Positions 37,190 to 46,069 of a stretch of 64,000 nt of DNA are shown here, piece by piece. The translations under genes were made by a program, and so were the position numbers. The notes below the pieces were generated by a model that saw only the letters and a list, made by a program, of their open reading frames with translations, had not been told where the DNA came from and searched no databases. How positions within the stretch are numbered: the stretch's first letter is position 1; each line of letters opens with the position of its first letter. Source of the stretch: a bacterium (GTDB lineage: Bacteria > Krumholzibacteriota > Krumholzibacteriia > LZORAL124-64-63); assembly GCA_031441465.1 (NCBI GenBank), contig JANOEP010000016.1:64001-128000 (forward strand), in the 5' to 3' direction.

Positions 37190-37226
37190 AAGGCCGTCTT
37201 CCTTCGGGGAGGCGGCCTTTCTCTTT
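37190..37226 (+). terminator. Rho-independent terminator
   Basis: AAGGCCGTCTTCC-TTCG-GGGAGGCGGCCTT then TCTCTTT. Confidence 0.8.
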
Positions 37227-37431
37227 CCCGCGTGCGTTTCCGACCTCAGCAGATGAATCGTTTCCGGTAGGTCGGAACTTTCATTTCGCAAGTGTTGGAT
37301 GATCCCTACGGGACCGGTGTGGGTGGAGTGAGGCATCCCATGCATAGCGGCTTGGCCAACCCCCGTCACAAGTGCTACGCTATCGATCCGATACGCATGC
37401 CGACCGCCCATCCGGCCCCAGGAGCCGACCC

Positions 37432-39663
37432 ATGCCCGCATCCAGCGACCACCGCAGCGTCGGCAACCCCCTACATCGACTGGACGCCTGGGACAAAGTC
37501 ACCGGTGTCACGCTTTTCCTGCCGGACCAGCCCCAGCCGGGCGCTTGGCTCGGCGCCGCCGTCCGTTCCCCGCTCCCGCATGCCCACCTGATCTCGATCT
37601 CGAAGACCGCAACGTTCCCGGCAGAGGCCGTCCTGCTGACAGCCCCCGACCTCCCCTGCGCCAACCTCGTCGCCATGGTCCGCGAAGATCTCCCGCTCCT
37701 GGCCACCGACGAAATCCGCTTCGCGACCCAGCCCGTCGCCCTGGTCGCCGCCCCCGACCGCGACACCCTGAAGGCCGCCCTCGCCGCCGTCATCGTCGAA
37801 CTCGAGGAACTCCCGGCCGTCCTGGGCATCGAAGCTTCCCTGCGTGGCGAAGGCCCCGTCTGGGGCGCGGACAACGTCGTCGCCGAGTACCGCGTCGACC
37901 GCGGCGACCCCGACGCCGCTTTCGCCACGGCCGCCACGGTCGTCGAGGGCACCTACTATACCGGCTACCAGGAACACATGTACCTCGAGCCCCACGGCAT
38001 CGTCGCCACTCCGCGCCCCGACGGCGGCATCGAGATCCTGGGTTCCCTGCAGTGCCCCTACTACATCCACAACGCGATGAAGCGCGCCCTCGGCCTCGAC
38101 GGCGACCGCGTCGTGGTGCGGCAGTCGCCCACCGGCGGCGCCTTCGGGGGCAAGGAGGACTACCCGTCCATCCTGGCCCTGCAGGCCGCCGTGCTGGCGC
38201 TGCGTTGCGGGCATCCGGTGTCGATGATCTACGAGCGGCGCGAGGACGTCGCTTGCACGACCAAGCGGCACCCGTCGCGCACGCGCTACCGCTCGGCCTT
38301 CGACCGGGACGGCAAGCTGCTGGCCGTCGATGTGGACCTGGTGCTCGACGCCGGCGCCTACACGACACTCAGCCCCGTGGTCCTGTCGCGCGGCGTGCTG
38401 CACGTGGCCGGGCCGTACCGCATCCCGCACGCGCGCATCCGCGGCCGCACCGTGGCCACGCACACCCCGCCCAACGGGGCCTTCCGCGGCTTCGGCGTGC
38501 CGCAGGCCGCGTTCGCCTGCGAGCGGCAGATGGACCGCGCGGCGCGCCGGTTGGGCTTGGACCCCGCCGAGCTGCGCCGGCGCAACCTGCTGCGCGACGG
38601 CGACACCTTCGTCTTCGGGCAGACGCTGCGTCCGGGCATGGCCGCGGCCGACCTCGTGCTCGAACGCGTGCTGGAGCGCTCCGGGTACGAGCAGCGCAAA
38701 CGAGAGGCGCACGCCTTCAACGCCGACAACAACCGTGGTGGAGGCGGCCCGCTGCGCCGCGGCGTGGGCGTGACGCTGACCATGCACGGCGGCGGTTTCA
38801 CCGGCGACGGCGAGGACCGCATCAAGGGCAAGGCCGCGGTGCGCCTGGATCCCGATGGTATCGTGACCCTGCTGGTCAGCAGCGTCGAGATGGGCCAGGG
38901 CGCGGCCACCGTGCTGCCGCAGATCGCGGCCGAGGCGCTGGGCGTGCCCATCGAACGGATCCGCTTCCACCAGCCCGACACTTCGGAAGTGCCCGACTCC
39001 GGCCCGACGGTCGCCTCCCGCACCACAATGGTCGTCGGGCGCATCCTGGTCGCGGCTTGCCGGCAGCTCGTGGACAAGGCCCGGGCTTTCGCGGGCGACA
39101 AGTCCGCCGACCCGCTGCTGGACGCCGGTCACGCCGGCCTGACCGCGACCGCGGTCTACGAACCCGATCCCGACATCGAGTGGGACCAGGCCACCTTGCA
39201 TGGCGACGCCTACCAGGGTTGGTCGTGGGCGGCGGCCGTGGCCGAGGTCGAGGTCGACACCGATACCATGGAGGTGCGGCCGGTCAAGCTGACCCACGTC
39301 GTGGAGATCGGGCGCGCCGTCAACCCCGTGCTGTGCGTCGGGCAGGTCGAGGGCGGCGCGCTGCAGGGCCTGGCCTGGGGCCACCTCGAAGAGATGAAGC
39401 TGAAGGACGGGCGCTACTGGAACGACCGCATGTCCACCTACATCATCCCCACCAGCCTCGACGCTCCCGACTTCGACGTGGAACTGGTCGAGCTGCCCAG
39501 CCCGCGCGGCCCCTTCGGCGCCAAGGGCCTAGGAGAGCTGCCGATGAACGCCGGCGCGCCCGCGCTGGCCGCGGCGATCGAGGATGCGCTGGGCATGGAA
39601 GTGTTCGAGGCCCCGGTCACGCCCGAGATTCTGCTGGCGCGCCGGCGGGAGGTGCGCCGATGA
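37432..39663 (+). CDS. Xanthine dehydrogenase-family molybdopterin-binding subunit (XdhA/PucD-like)
   Basis: QEHMYLEP, SLQCPYY, GGAFGGKED, AFRGFG, EMGQG, DSGPTVASRT, GAKGLGE. Confidence 0.9.
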   Translation: MPASSDHRSVGNPLHRLDAWDKVTGVTLFLPDQPQPGAWLGAAVRSPLPHAHLISISKTATFPAEAVLLTAPDLPCANLVAMVREDLPLLATDEIRFATQPVALVAAPDRDTLKAALAAVIVELEELPAVLGIEASLRGEGPVWGADNVVAEYRVDRGDPDAAFATAATVVEGTYYTGYQEHMYLEPHGIVATPRPDGGIEILGSLQCPYYIHNAMKRALGLDGDRVVVRQSPTGGAFGGKEDYPSILALQAAVLALRCGHPVSMIYERREDVACTTKRHPSRTRYRSAFDRDGKLLAVDVDLVLDAGAYTTLSPVVLSRGVLHVAGPYRIPHARIRGRTVATHTPPNGAFRGFGVPQAAFACERQMDRAARRLGLDPAELRRRNLLRDGDTFVFGQTLRPGMAAADLVLERVLERSGYEQRKREAHAFNADNNRGGGGPLRRGVGVTLTMHGGGFTGDGEDRIKGKAAVRLDPDGIVTLLVSSVEMGQGAATVLPQIAAEALGVPIERIRFHQPDTSEVPDSGPTVASRTTMVVGRILVAACRQLVDKARAFAGDKSADPLLDAGHAGLTATAVYEPDPDIEWDQATLHGDAYQGWSWAAAVAEVEVDTDTMEVRPVKLTHVVEIGRAVNPVLCVGQVEGGALQGLAWGHLEEMKLKDGRYWNDRMSTYIIPTSLDAPDFDVELVELPSPRGPFGAKGLGELPMNAGAPALAAAIEDALGMEVFEAPVTPEILLARRREVRR

Positions 39664-41033
39664 AGATGTCGATGTGGGTCAACGGCGTGAACCGCACCCT
39701 CGATGTTCAGCCGCTCAAGCGACTCTTGGACGTGCTGCGCGAGGACCTGGGCCTGGTCGGTGCGAAGGAGGGCTGCGGCGAGGGGGAGTGCGGCGCCTGC
39801 GCCGTGATCCTCGACGGACGGCTGGTCAACAGCTGCCTGCTGCCGGCCTACCGCGCCCACGGGCGGGTCGTGCGCACCATCGAGGGGCTGGGCACGCAGG
39901 AGAATCCCGACCCGGTGCAGGCCGCGTTCGTGGCCGAAGGCGCCGTGCAGTGCGGTTACTGCATCCCCGGTCTGGTGATGGCTTCGCGCGCGCTGCTGGA
40001 CGAGGAGGCCGTGCCGTCGCGCCCGCGCATCCGTGAGGCGCTGGCCGGCAATCTCTGTCGCTGCACCGGCTACGAACGGGTCGTGCGGGCCGTGGAGCGT
40101 GCGGCGCAGACGCCGGGGCGCGTCTGCGGGACCGAGCCCGTGGCCAATCCCGCTTCGGACCTCGAGGCTTCGCCCGGCGACGAGGTCTTCGTGCACATGC
40201 CGGGTTCGCTGCGCACGGCCTGCGCGGAACTCGCCGAGGGCGGCGTCACCGTGGTCGGCGGCGCGACCGACCTGGGCGTGCTGCTGCACGAAGAGGTCGT
40301 GACGCCCAAGGTGGTGCTCGACCTGAGCCGCGTGGCGGAGCTGCACGGCGTGCGCCGCGAGCAGGGCGCGCTGGTGATCGGCGCCGCGACTTCCTACGCC
40401 GACCTGCTGCGCGATCCCGACGTCGCGCGCGACCTGTCCTGCCTGCACGCCGCGGTGCGCACCGTGGGCGCTCCCGCCATCCAGAGCCTCGGCACGCTCG
40501 GCGGCAACCTCGTCAACGGTTCGCCCGGCGCCGACGCCGTGCCGCCGCTGCTGGCTCTGGGCGCGCGCATCCGTCTGGTGTCGAACGCGGGCGTGCGCGA
40601 AGTCGCGGCCGAGGCCTTCTTCACCGGCTACCGCGCCACCGTGCGCCGCGCCGACGAACTCGTGGCCGCGGTCGTGGTACCGGTGCCCGTCGCCGGCACG
40701 CGCCAGTCGTTCCGCAAGGCGGGCACGCGCCGGGCCCAAGCCATCGCCAAAGTGAACCTGGCCGCCTGCGCGCGGGTCGAGGACGGCGCGCTGCGCGGGG
40801 TGCGACTGGCGGCGGGGAGCGTGGGGCCGACGGTCGTCCTGCTCCGCGAGGCGATGGCGATTCTGGAGGGTGGGCTGGTTGCCGATCTCGAGCGATTGGC
40901 CCAGGCCGCGGCCGCCGCGGCGCGGGACGAGGTGTCGCCGATCGACGATGTGCGGTCGACGGAAGAGTACCGGCGCGAGGTGACGGGGAATCTGGTGGCG
41001 AGGTTCGTGGTGTTGCTATCTAATTATATTTAA
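39660..41033 (+). CDS. Fused [2Fe-2S] and FAD-binding subunit of xanthine dehydrogenase family
   Basis: GCGEGECGAC, QCGYC, NLCRC followed in frame by GGATDL, TLGGNLVNGSPGAD, PIDDVRST; ATGA overlap. Confidence 0.9.
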   Translation: MKMSMWVNGVNRTLDVQPLKRLLDVLREDLGLVGAKEGCGEGECGACAVILDGRLVNSCLLPAYRAHGRVVRTIEGLGTQENPDPVQAAFVAEGAVQCGYCIPGLVMASRALLDEEAVPSRPRIREALAGNLCRCTGYERVVRAVERAAQTPGRVCGTEPVANPASDLEASPGDEVFVHMPGSLRTACAELAEGGVTVVGGATDLGVLLHEEVVTPKVVLDLSRVAELHGVRREQGALVIGAATSYADLLRDPDVARDLSCLHAAVRTVGAPAIQSLGTLGGNLVNGSPGADAVPPLLALGARIRLVSNAGVREVAAEAFFTGYRATVRRADELVAAVVVPVPVAGTRQSFRKAGTRRAQAIAKVNLAACARVEDGALRGVRLAAGSVGPTVVLLREAMAILEGGLVADLERLAQAAAAAARDEVSPIDDVRSTEEYRREVTGNLVARFVVLLSNYI

Positions 41034-41108
41034 TAAAGTTACAGACACCCATCTATTGTGCAGCGGCATTGCATGATAGCCGGAGGCGTCGGCAGGCACA
41101 AAATATAG

Positions 41109-41142
41109 CTTGCAAATCGGGAAACAATTCCCATACTGCAAG
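41109..41142 (+). promoter_or_regulatory. Putative leaderless promoter within an imperfect palindrome
   Basis: TTGCAA-16 nt-CATACT ends 7 nt before ATG; no SD; CTTGCA/GGGAA...TTCCC/TGCAAG symmetry. Confidence 0.5.
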
Positions 41143-41144
41143 TC

Positions 41145-42296
41145 ATGATTGCCCGCCGCTACGCCGGTCTCACTCGCGAGAGGCTTGCCGCCTTCCCGGC
41201 TGTCGCCTTACTCGGTCCGCGCCAGTGTGGCAAGACGACGCTCGCCAGGCAGCTCGGGGGCAGCTACTTCGACCTGGAAAACGACGGCCACGCCGCCCGC
41301 CTCGACGCGGAGTGGGACGCGCTGGTCGCAGGCGAGCGGTTGCTCGTGCTCGACGAGGCCCAGCGCGCGCCGTGGGTCTTCTCACGGCTGCGCGGCGCCA
41401 TCGACACCGACCGTAAGCGCAATGGGCGGTTCCTGCTGCTGGGTTCGGTGTCGCCGGCCCTCATGCAGGACGTCTCCGAATCGCTGGCGGGCCGGCTCGG
41501 CCTCGTGCACATGAGCCCGTTGATCCTCCCGGAGCTGAAAGCCGGTCAGCTTGATGACCTCTGGCTGCGCGGCGGCTACCCAGACGGCGGCATCCTCGTT
41601 CCCGGCATGTACCCGGCTTGGCAACAGGCTTACCTGGAACTCCTGGCCACCCGCGACCTCCCGATGTGGGGATTGCCGGCGAAACCGCAGACGACGCAAC
41701 GCCTGATGCAGATGCTGGCTGTCTTGCACGGCCAACCCTGGAACGCCTCGCAGATCGGGTCGAGCCTCTCGCTGGACCATAAGACCGTGTCCAGCTATTG
41801 CGATCATCTCGAGGGCGCCTTCCTGATCCGACGCCTGCCGCCCTACTTCGCCAACACGCGCAAGCGGCTGGTGAAGGCGCCGCGCGTCTATTGGCGGGAC
41901 AGCGGATTGCTGCACTCGTTGATGGGGGTGGCTGGTCTCGACCAGCTCTACCAGCAGCCGTGGCTGGGAGCGAGCTGGGAGGGATTCGTCATCGAACAGA
42001 CTCTCGCGAGCTTGGCGGCCGCGGGCAGGCAGGTGCAGCCCTACTATTTCCGCACGTCCGATGGCCGGGAACTCGACCTCGTGCTCGACTATGGTCACGA
42101 ACGCTGCGCCGTCGAGGTGAAGCTCACTTCGAATCCGACCCGCAGCATGCTGGATCAGTTGATGCTGACGTCCGAACTGGCCCAAGCCGGGCGTGCTGTC
42201 CTGGTCTGCCGCGTCGCGCGGAAGATCGAGAACGACAAGTTGCTGGTCACCAATCTTACCGGCTGGCTCCGCGGGTTGACCGCGAATCCGGGCTAG
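41145..42296 (+). CDS. AAA+ ATPase (AAA_14) with DUF4143 and C-terminal PD-(D/E)xK-like motif
   Basis: GPRQCGKTT, LVLDEAQR, FLLLGS, ESLAGR, RGGYP, YWRDSG, ELDLV..AVEVK. Confidence 0.85.
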   Translation: MIARRYAGLTRERLAAFPAVALLGPRQCGKTTLARQLGGSYFDLENDGHAARLDAEWDALVAGERLLVLDEAQRAPWVFSRLRGAIDTDRKRNGRFLLLGSVSPALMQDVSESLAGRLGLVHMSPLILPELKAGQLDDLWLRGGYPDGGILVPGMYPAWQQAYLELLATRDLPMWGLPAKPQTTQRLMQMLAVLHGQPWNASQIGSSLSLDHKTVSSYCDHLEGAFLIRRLPPYFANTRKRLVKAPRVYWRDSGLLHSLMGVAGLDQLYQQPWLGASWEGFVIEQTLASLAAAGRQVQPYYFRTSDGRELDLVLDYGHERCAVEVKLTSNPTRSMLDQLMLTSELAQAGRAVLVCRVARKIENDKLLVTNLTGWLRGLTANPG

Positions 42297-43261
42297 GCCT
42301 GCTGCGCAGGCTCGAGTTCGGTCCGGACCGGGTACGATCGGGCGCTCTTCGCCGTGACACTGTCCCGCCAGCCAGGGTAATGCTCGTCCATCAGCCCCCC
42401 GCAGATCTCCTCGAACTTCTCGCGCTCCTGCGGGGACCACCCGCCGGGCTGCGAAGAAACCCGCCCCGCGTTGGACGTCGGCAGGAGCGGACCGCCGGGC
42501 GGCACCCCGAGGGCGGCCAGCAGTTCGTCCCGCGTGGCCGCCGAGGTGGTCAGATCCTCGAGGCGGAAGGTGTGCGTGGCGATGCGGTCGAGGTTGCGGT
42601 TCGTGTGGACCCAGAACCGGCAAGCCTGGGCGAAGACGTCGCCGGGGAAGACCGGCTTCACGCGGTTCCAGGGGCTGTCCTTGACGTACCAGCCGCGGTT
42701 GAGGCCCGACTGGACGACGCGGCGCCCGTCGCGGATCAGGCGAACGACGGCGTCGGCGCCGATCGCACCAGGCATCAGGGAGAAGTGCGGGGCGCACTCG
42801 ATCTCATGGTTGAAACCATCGACGAAGGCGCGCACTTCTTCGACGCGGCCGTCCGCGATCATCGGCAGCAGGTAGGGCCAGAGCGTCTCGTGGCGGGCGC
42901 GCAGGACGACGCCGTCGAGGTCGGTCCGCCCGTCGAGCCAGTGCGCGACCGACTGCGTCCCGCAGCGGCCCGAGCCGGTGATCAACCCGCGTAGGCGGCG
43001 GGCCTTCGGGCGGGCGTGCAGGGCGACCGGCCGCTTCACCAGGCGGCGCAGCAAGTGGGGGTGCCGCACCGACAGGCTCACCTCGGCCCAGACCGGCAGG
43101 TCGATGATGTCCAGGGTGTCGAGCGCGGCGGGGAACCGCAGGGTGCGTGAATCGATCCCGGGGGCCGAGACGCGCACCAGCCGCTCGCGCTTCCAGTGCG
43201 GCTCGTCCTTGAACAGGCGCAGGGCGCCGCTGCATGCGATCACGTCGTAGGCTTCGTTCAC
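42293..43261 (-). CDS. Sulfotransferase-like protein
   Basis: ITGSGRCGTQSV (5'-PSB-like loop), LIRDGRRVVQS (3'-PB-like), RLEDL. Confidence 0.6.
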   Translation of the reverse strand: MNEAYDVIACSGALRLFKDEPHWKRERLVRVSAPGIDSRTLRFPAALDTLDIIDLPVWAEVSLSVRHPHLLRRLVKRPVALHARPKARRLRGLITGSGRCGTQSVAHWLDGRTDLDGVVLRARHETLWPYLLPMIADGRVEEVRAFVDGFNHEIECAPHFSLMPGAIGADAVVRLIRDGRRVVQSGLNRGWYVKDSPWNRVKPVFPGDVFAQACRFWVHTNRNLDRIATHTFRLEDLTTSAATRDELLAALGVPPGGPLLPTSNAGRVSSQPGGWSPQEREKFEEICGGLMDEHYPGWRDSVTAKSARSYPVRTELEPAQQA

Positions 43262-43857
43262 GAGCCGACCGCCTCCATCAAGCTCTTCACTTCGGCCTGC
43301 GCCGGCGTCTCAGGGACGTCGCGGCGACCCACGACGCGCGCCGGGTAGCCGGCCAGGATCGAGAACGGCGGGTAGGCCTTCTTCGCCACGACGCTGCGCG
43401 CGGCCACGACGCAGCCTTCGGGCAGTTCGACGCCGGGCATCACGAAGACGTCGGCGCCCAGCCAGCAGTCGCGGCCGACGACCACCGGCGCGTAGTCGTA
43501 ACCCTGGGCGCTGATCGACTTGCGGAGGTCGTCGAAGCGGTGGTTGATCGTCCAGATCTTCACGCCGGGCCCGAGGATCACATCGTCGCCGAGCCGCAGC
43601 CCGCCGCTGGCCTGCAGGAAGCAGCCGACGCCGATCTCGACGCGGTTGCCGCAGCGGATCTTGTGAGCGCCGCGGTAGCGGACGCCCTCGTGGATGACGA
43701 TGCCGCCGCCGGCGGCGGCGAAGTGCCGCGGGACGTGCCGGTTGCGCCAGATGAAGCCGAGGGTGCCGGGTGTCCGCATCCAGATCGCGTTGAGCAGGTT
43801 GAACCGGCCGATCTCGTCCCGCCAGTCCCAACGCAGCCGCTTGAAGGCTTCGAGCAT
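43258..43857 (-). CDS. Hexapeptide-repeat (LbH) O-acyltransferase
   Basis: GGAGG RBS; LGDDVILGPGV, VGRDCWLGADVFVMPGV, VVAARSVV, AGYPARVV. Confidence 0.85.
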   Translation of the reverse strand: MLEAFKRLRWDWRDEIGRFNLLNAIWMRTPGTLGFIWRNRHVPRHFAAAGGGIVIHEGVRYRGAHKIRCGNRVEIGVGCFLQASGGLRLGDDVILGPGVKIWTINHRFDDLRKSISAQGYDYAPVVVGRDCWLGADVFVMPGVELPEGCVVAARSVVAKKAYPPFSILAGYPARVVGRRDVPETPAQAEVKSLMEAVGS

Positions 43858-44119
43858 GCCGGTCCTCCCGGGATCGGGTTGGTCGCCGGGAGAACAGGGC
43901 GCGGTCCTCTGAGGTGTGTTGTTGAGGTGCTGGACCGTGCCCATGTCTCCACAGCGTGAGGTGTGGTGCCGGGCCGGGGTGGGGGTCGGGCGTTGCGGTC
44001 CTCGAGGGGACCTCTGCCGGGACCCGGATCCAACCGGCGGCTCAGCTCACGGGAACATGATAGAGGGGCCGTATGTGGGGGAGGTGACGGCGGCGTGAAA
44101 TCTTGACGAAGGAGGGGGA

Positions 44120-45535
44120 TCAGTCGGGGGTGCGGTCGCGCCCGCGCAGGGCCTTTTCCAGGGCCACGGCGGGGCCCCAGTGGCCACGACGGCGCAGCCA
44201 GGCGGCCAGGCGGCGCGGCTCGAAGGAGCGGGCCGCTGTGAAGATCAAGAAACCCAGCGTGACGGCGCGCACGCCCATCCAGGCGGCGTCGCTCCAGGGC
44301 GCGCCGGCGGCCACGACCACGGCGGCGATCACCAGCAGCGGCAGCCAGAACGCGGGTCGCGACAGGTCGCGCAGACCGCTGAGCACGGCCTGCCGGCGCG
44401 TCGGGGGCGGGGCGTCGGCGTCGCGCAGGCCCTCGAGCCGGCGGGCCATGAGATTCTGGAAGCGGCGCGGCAGCGTGCGGCGGCGCCAGGTGATCAGGGT
44501 CGCCGTGCAGGCGACCGCGCCCCACAGCACGATCCAGCCGGCGATGACCGCGCCCAGCGCGGGGGGGCTCACGTGCCAGTGCCGCGCGACCCAGCCGGTC
44601 AGCGCGCCGTAGGCGCGCAGCAGGTGCTCGCCCACCAGCAGCCACTGCAGGACGATGCCCTGCGACGCGGCCCAAGCGCCCACCAGCCAGCCGCCCAGCC
44701 CGACGCCCAGCGCGTTCCAGCCCAGGGTGGAGATCGCGCCGCCGTAGAGCAGGCCCTGCATCGAGATCGCGAGCATCGGCCGCAGGCGGCTGCCGGCCGG
44801 CGACAGCGCCTTGAGGCCCGCGGCGATCAGCGGCACCCAGACCACGCGCCCGCGCCGGCCCAGACCGGAGCCGGCCAGCGTCATGACCGAGGCCTGCAGG
44901 CTGGACATCAGCAGGCCGCGCAGCGGGATCCTCATGCCGTGCAGCGCCGAGCCCAGGCTCATCTCCAGCCCGCCCGCGCCGGCGCCGAAGCCGCCGACGC
45001 GCATCCAGTCGCGGTGCTCGCGGTAGGCGCTGCGCAGCTTCTCCCAGGCGCCAGGGTCCTCGGCGTCGATCACGAGGTCGAAGGGGCGACCCAGTCGCTG
45101 CTTGACCGCATCGAGCACGTCGGTGCGCACGGAGATCACCACGACCTCCGGCTCGGCCGCCGCCAGGTCGGGCCAAAGGGCCAGGTGCCCCTCGCCGCGG
45201 GCCTCGAGCAGGCCGAACTCGTCGAGCACGACCAGGGGACGCGGCGCCTCGCCGCGCAGGCCCGTCGCCCAGACGCGGGCGGCGTTCAGGGTGTCGGCGC
45301 AGAAGACGTAGGCGGGGCGCCCGGGGCCGGAGCGCTCGGCGAAGGGCATGACGCGCCCGTCGGCGACCCATTCCAGTTCGTAGCCCGCGGCGCCGAGCAG
45401 GGGGTTGATGCGGCGCACGGCGCGGGCCAGGAAGCCGTCGGGGGCGAAGCCCTGCGCGCGGGACCAGGCGGCCAACGTGGCCAGCAGCGTGGTCTTGCCC
45501 GAACCGACCGGTCCCGTGACGGCGATCAGCAGCAT
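44120..45535 (-). CDS. THEP1/DUF2478-like P-loop NTPase fused to a multi-pass membrane domain
   Basis: Walker A GPVGSGKT, Walker B VVLDEFG; C-terminal half has several hydrophobic helices. Confidence 0.65.
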   Translation of the reverse strand: MLLIAVTGPVGSGKTTLLATLAAWSRAQGFAPDGFLARAVRRINPLLGAAGYELEWVADGRVMPFAERSGPGRPAYVFCADTLNAARVWATGLRGEAPRPLVVLDEFGLLEARGEGHLALWPDLAAAEPEVVVISVRTDVLDAVKQRLGRPFDLVIDAEDPGAWEKLRSAYREHRDWMRVGGFGAGAGGLEMSLGSALHGMRIPLRGLLMSSLQASVMTLAGSGLGRRGRVVWVPLIAAGLKALSPAGSRLRPMLAISMQGLLYGGAISTLGWNALGVGLGGWLVGAWAASQGIVLQWLLVGEHLLRAYGALTGWVARHWHVSPPALGAVIAGWIVLWGAVACTATLITWRRRTLPRRFQNLMARRLEGLRDADAPPPTRRQAVLSGLRDLSRPAFWLPLLVIAAVVVAAGAPWSDAAWMGVRAVTLGFLIFTAARSFEPRRLAAWLRRRGHWGPAVALEKALRGRDRTPD

Positions 45536-45548
45536 GCCCGCCCCGCCG

Positions 45549-45896
45549 TCACTCGTACTGCCGGGGCACGGCGCAGATGAAGACGAAGGGTTCGTCGCCC
45601 GCGTTGCGGAACTGGTGGGTCTCGTGCGGGGAGACGAAGGCGAAGTCGCCGGGCTCCACGGCGTGGGCCTGGCCGGCGGCGTCGCGCAGCTCGCCGCGCC
45701 CGCTGATGACGTAGTTCAGGTGCTCCGACGGGTGGCTGTGGCAGGGCGTGTGGCCGCCCTTCTCCACGGTGAACACGCGCAGCGAGAAGTTGGGCACGCC
45801 GTCGGCGGAGCCCAGGACGAGCTGCTTGGCGGCATCGCGGACGCCGTCCATGGTCACGGTCTCGCGCGGAACGTCGGCAAGTTTCTTGATCTTCAA
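45549..45896 (-). CDS. Cupin-domain protein
   Basis: GGHTPCHSHPSEH...G...PGD...ETHQFRN; TTG start. Confidence 0.85.
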   Translation of the reverse strand: MKIKKLADVPRETVTMDGVRDAAKQLVLGSADGVPNFSLRVFTVEKGGHTPCHSHPSEHLNYVISGRGELRDAAGQAHAVEPGDFAFVSPHETHQFRNAGDEPFVFICAVPRQYE

Positions 45897-46069
45897 GGCG
45901 GGGCTCCCGGTTCGGGGTGTCTTCGTTCCAGGGGAATCTAACGCCGGGGGGGGCGTCTGTCACCCGCCGGCGGTCGGCCGGCGGCAATACATGGGGTGGG
46001 ACGGTTGAGATCGGGATACTATCATGGTGGAGGTCCGCAGTCGGTCAGGGAGCCAAGGGAGCGCGCGCA

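Noticed and set aside
9852..37236. CCCGCGGGCG (9852) and CCCGCGTGCG (37227) as island boundary repeats
   Set aside because: A 9/10 match of almost pure GC sequence is expected by chance here.
37545..39659. Apparent long N-terminal extensions of ORFs 37545-41033, 27798-30827, 54229-56700, 56791-58542 and 6472-7557
   Set aside because: Off-frame overlaps with upstream genes; true starts have RBSs or ATGA coupling. No frameshift or recoding is needed.
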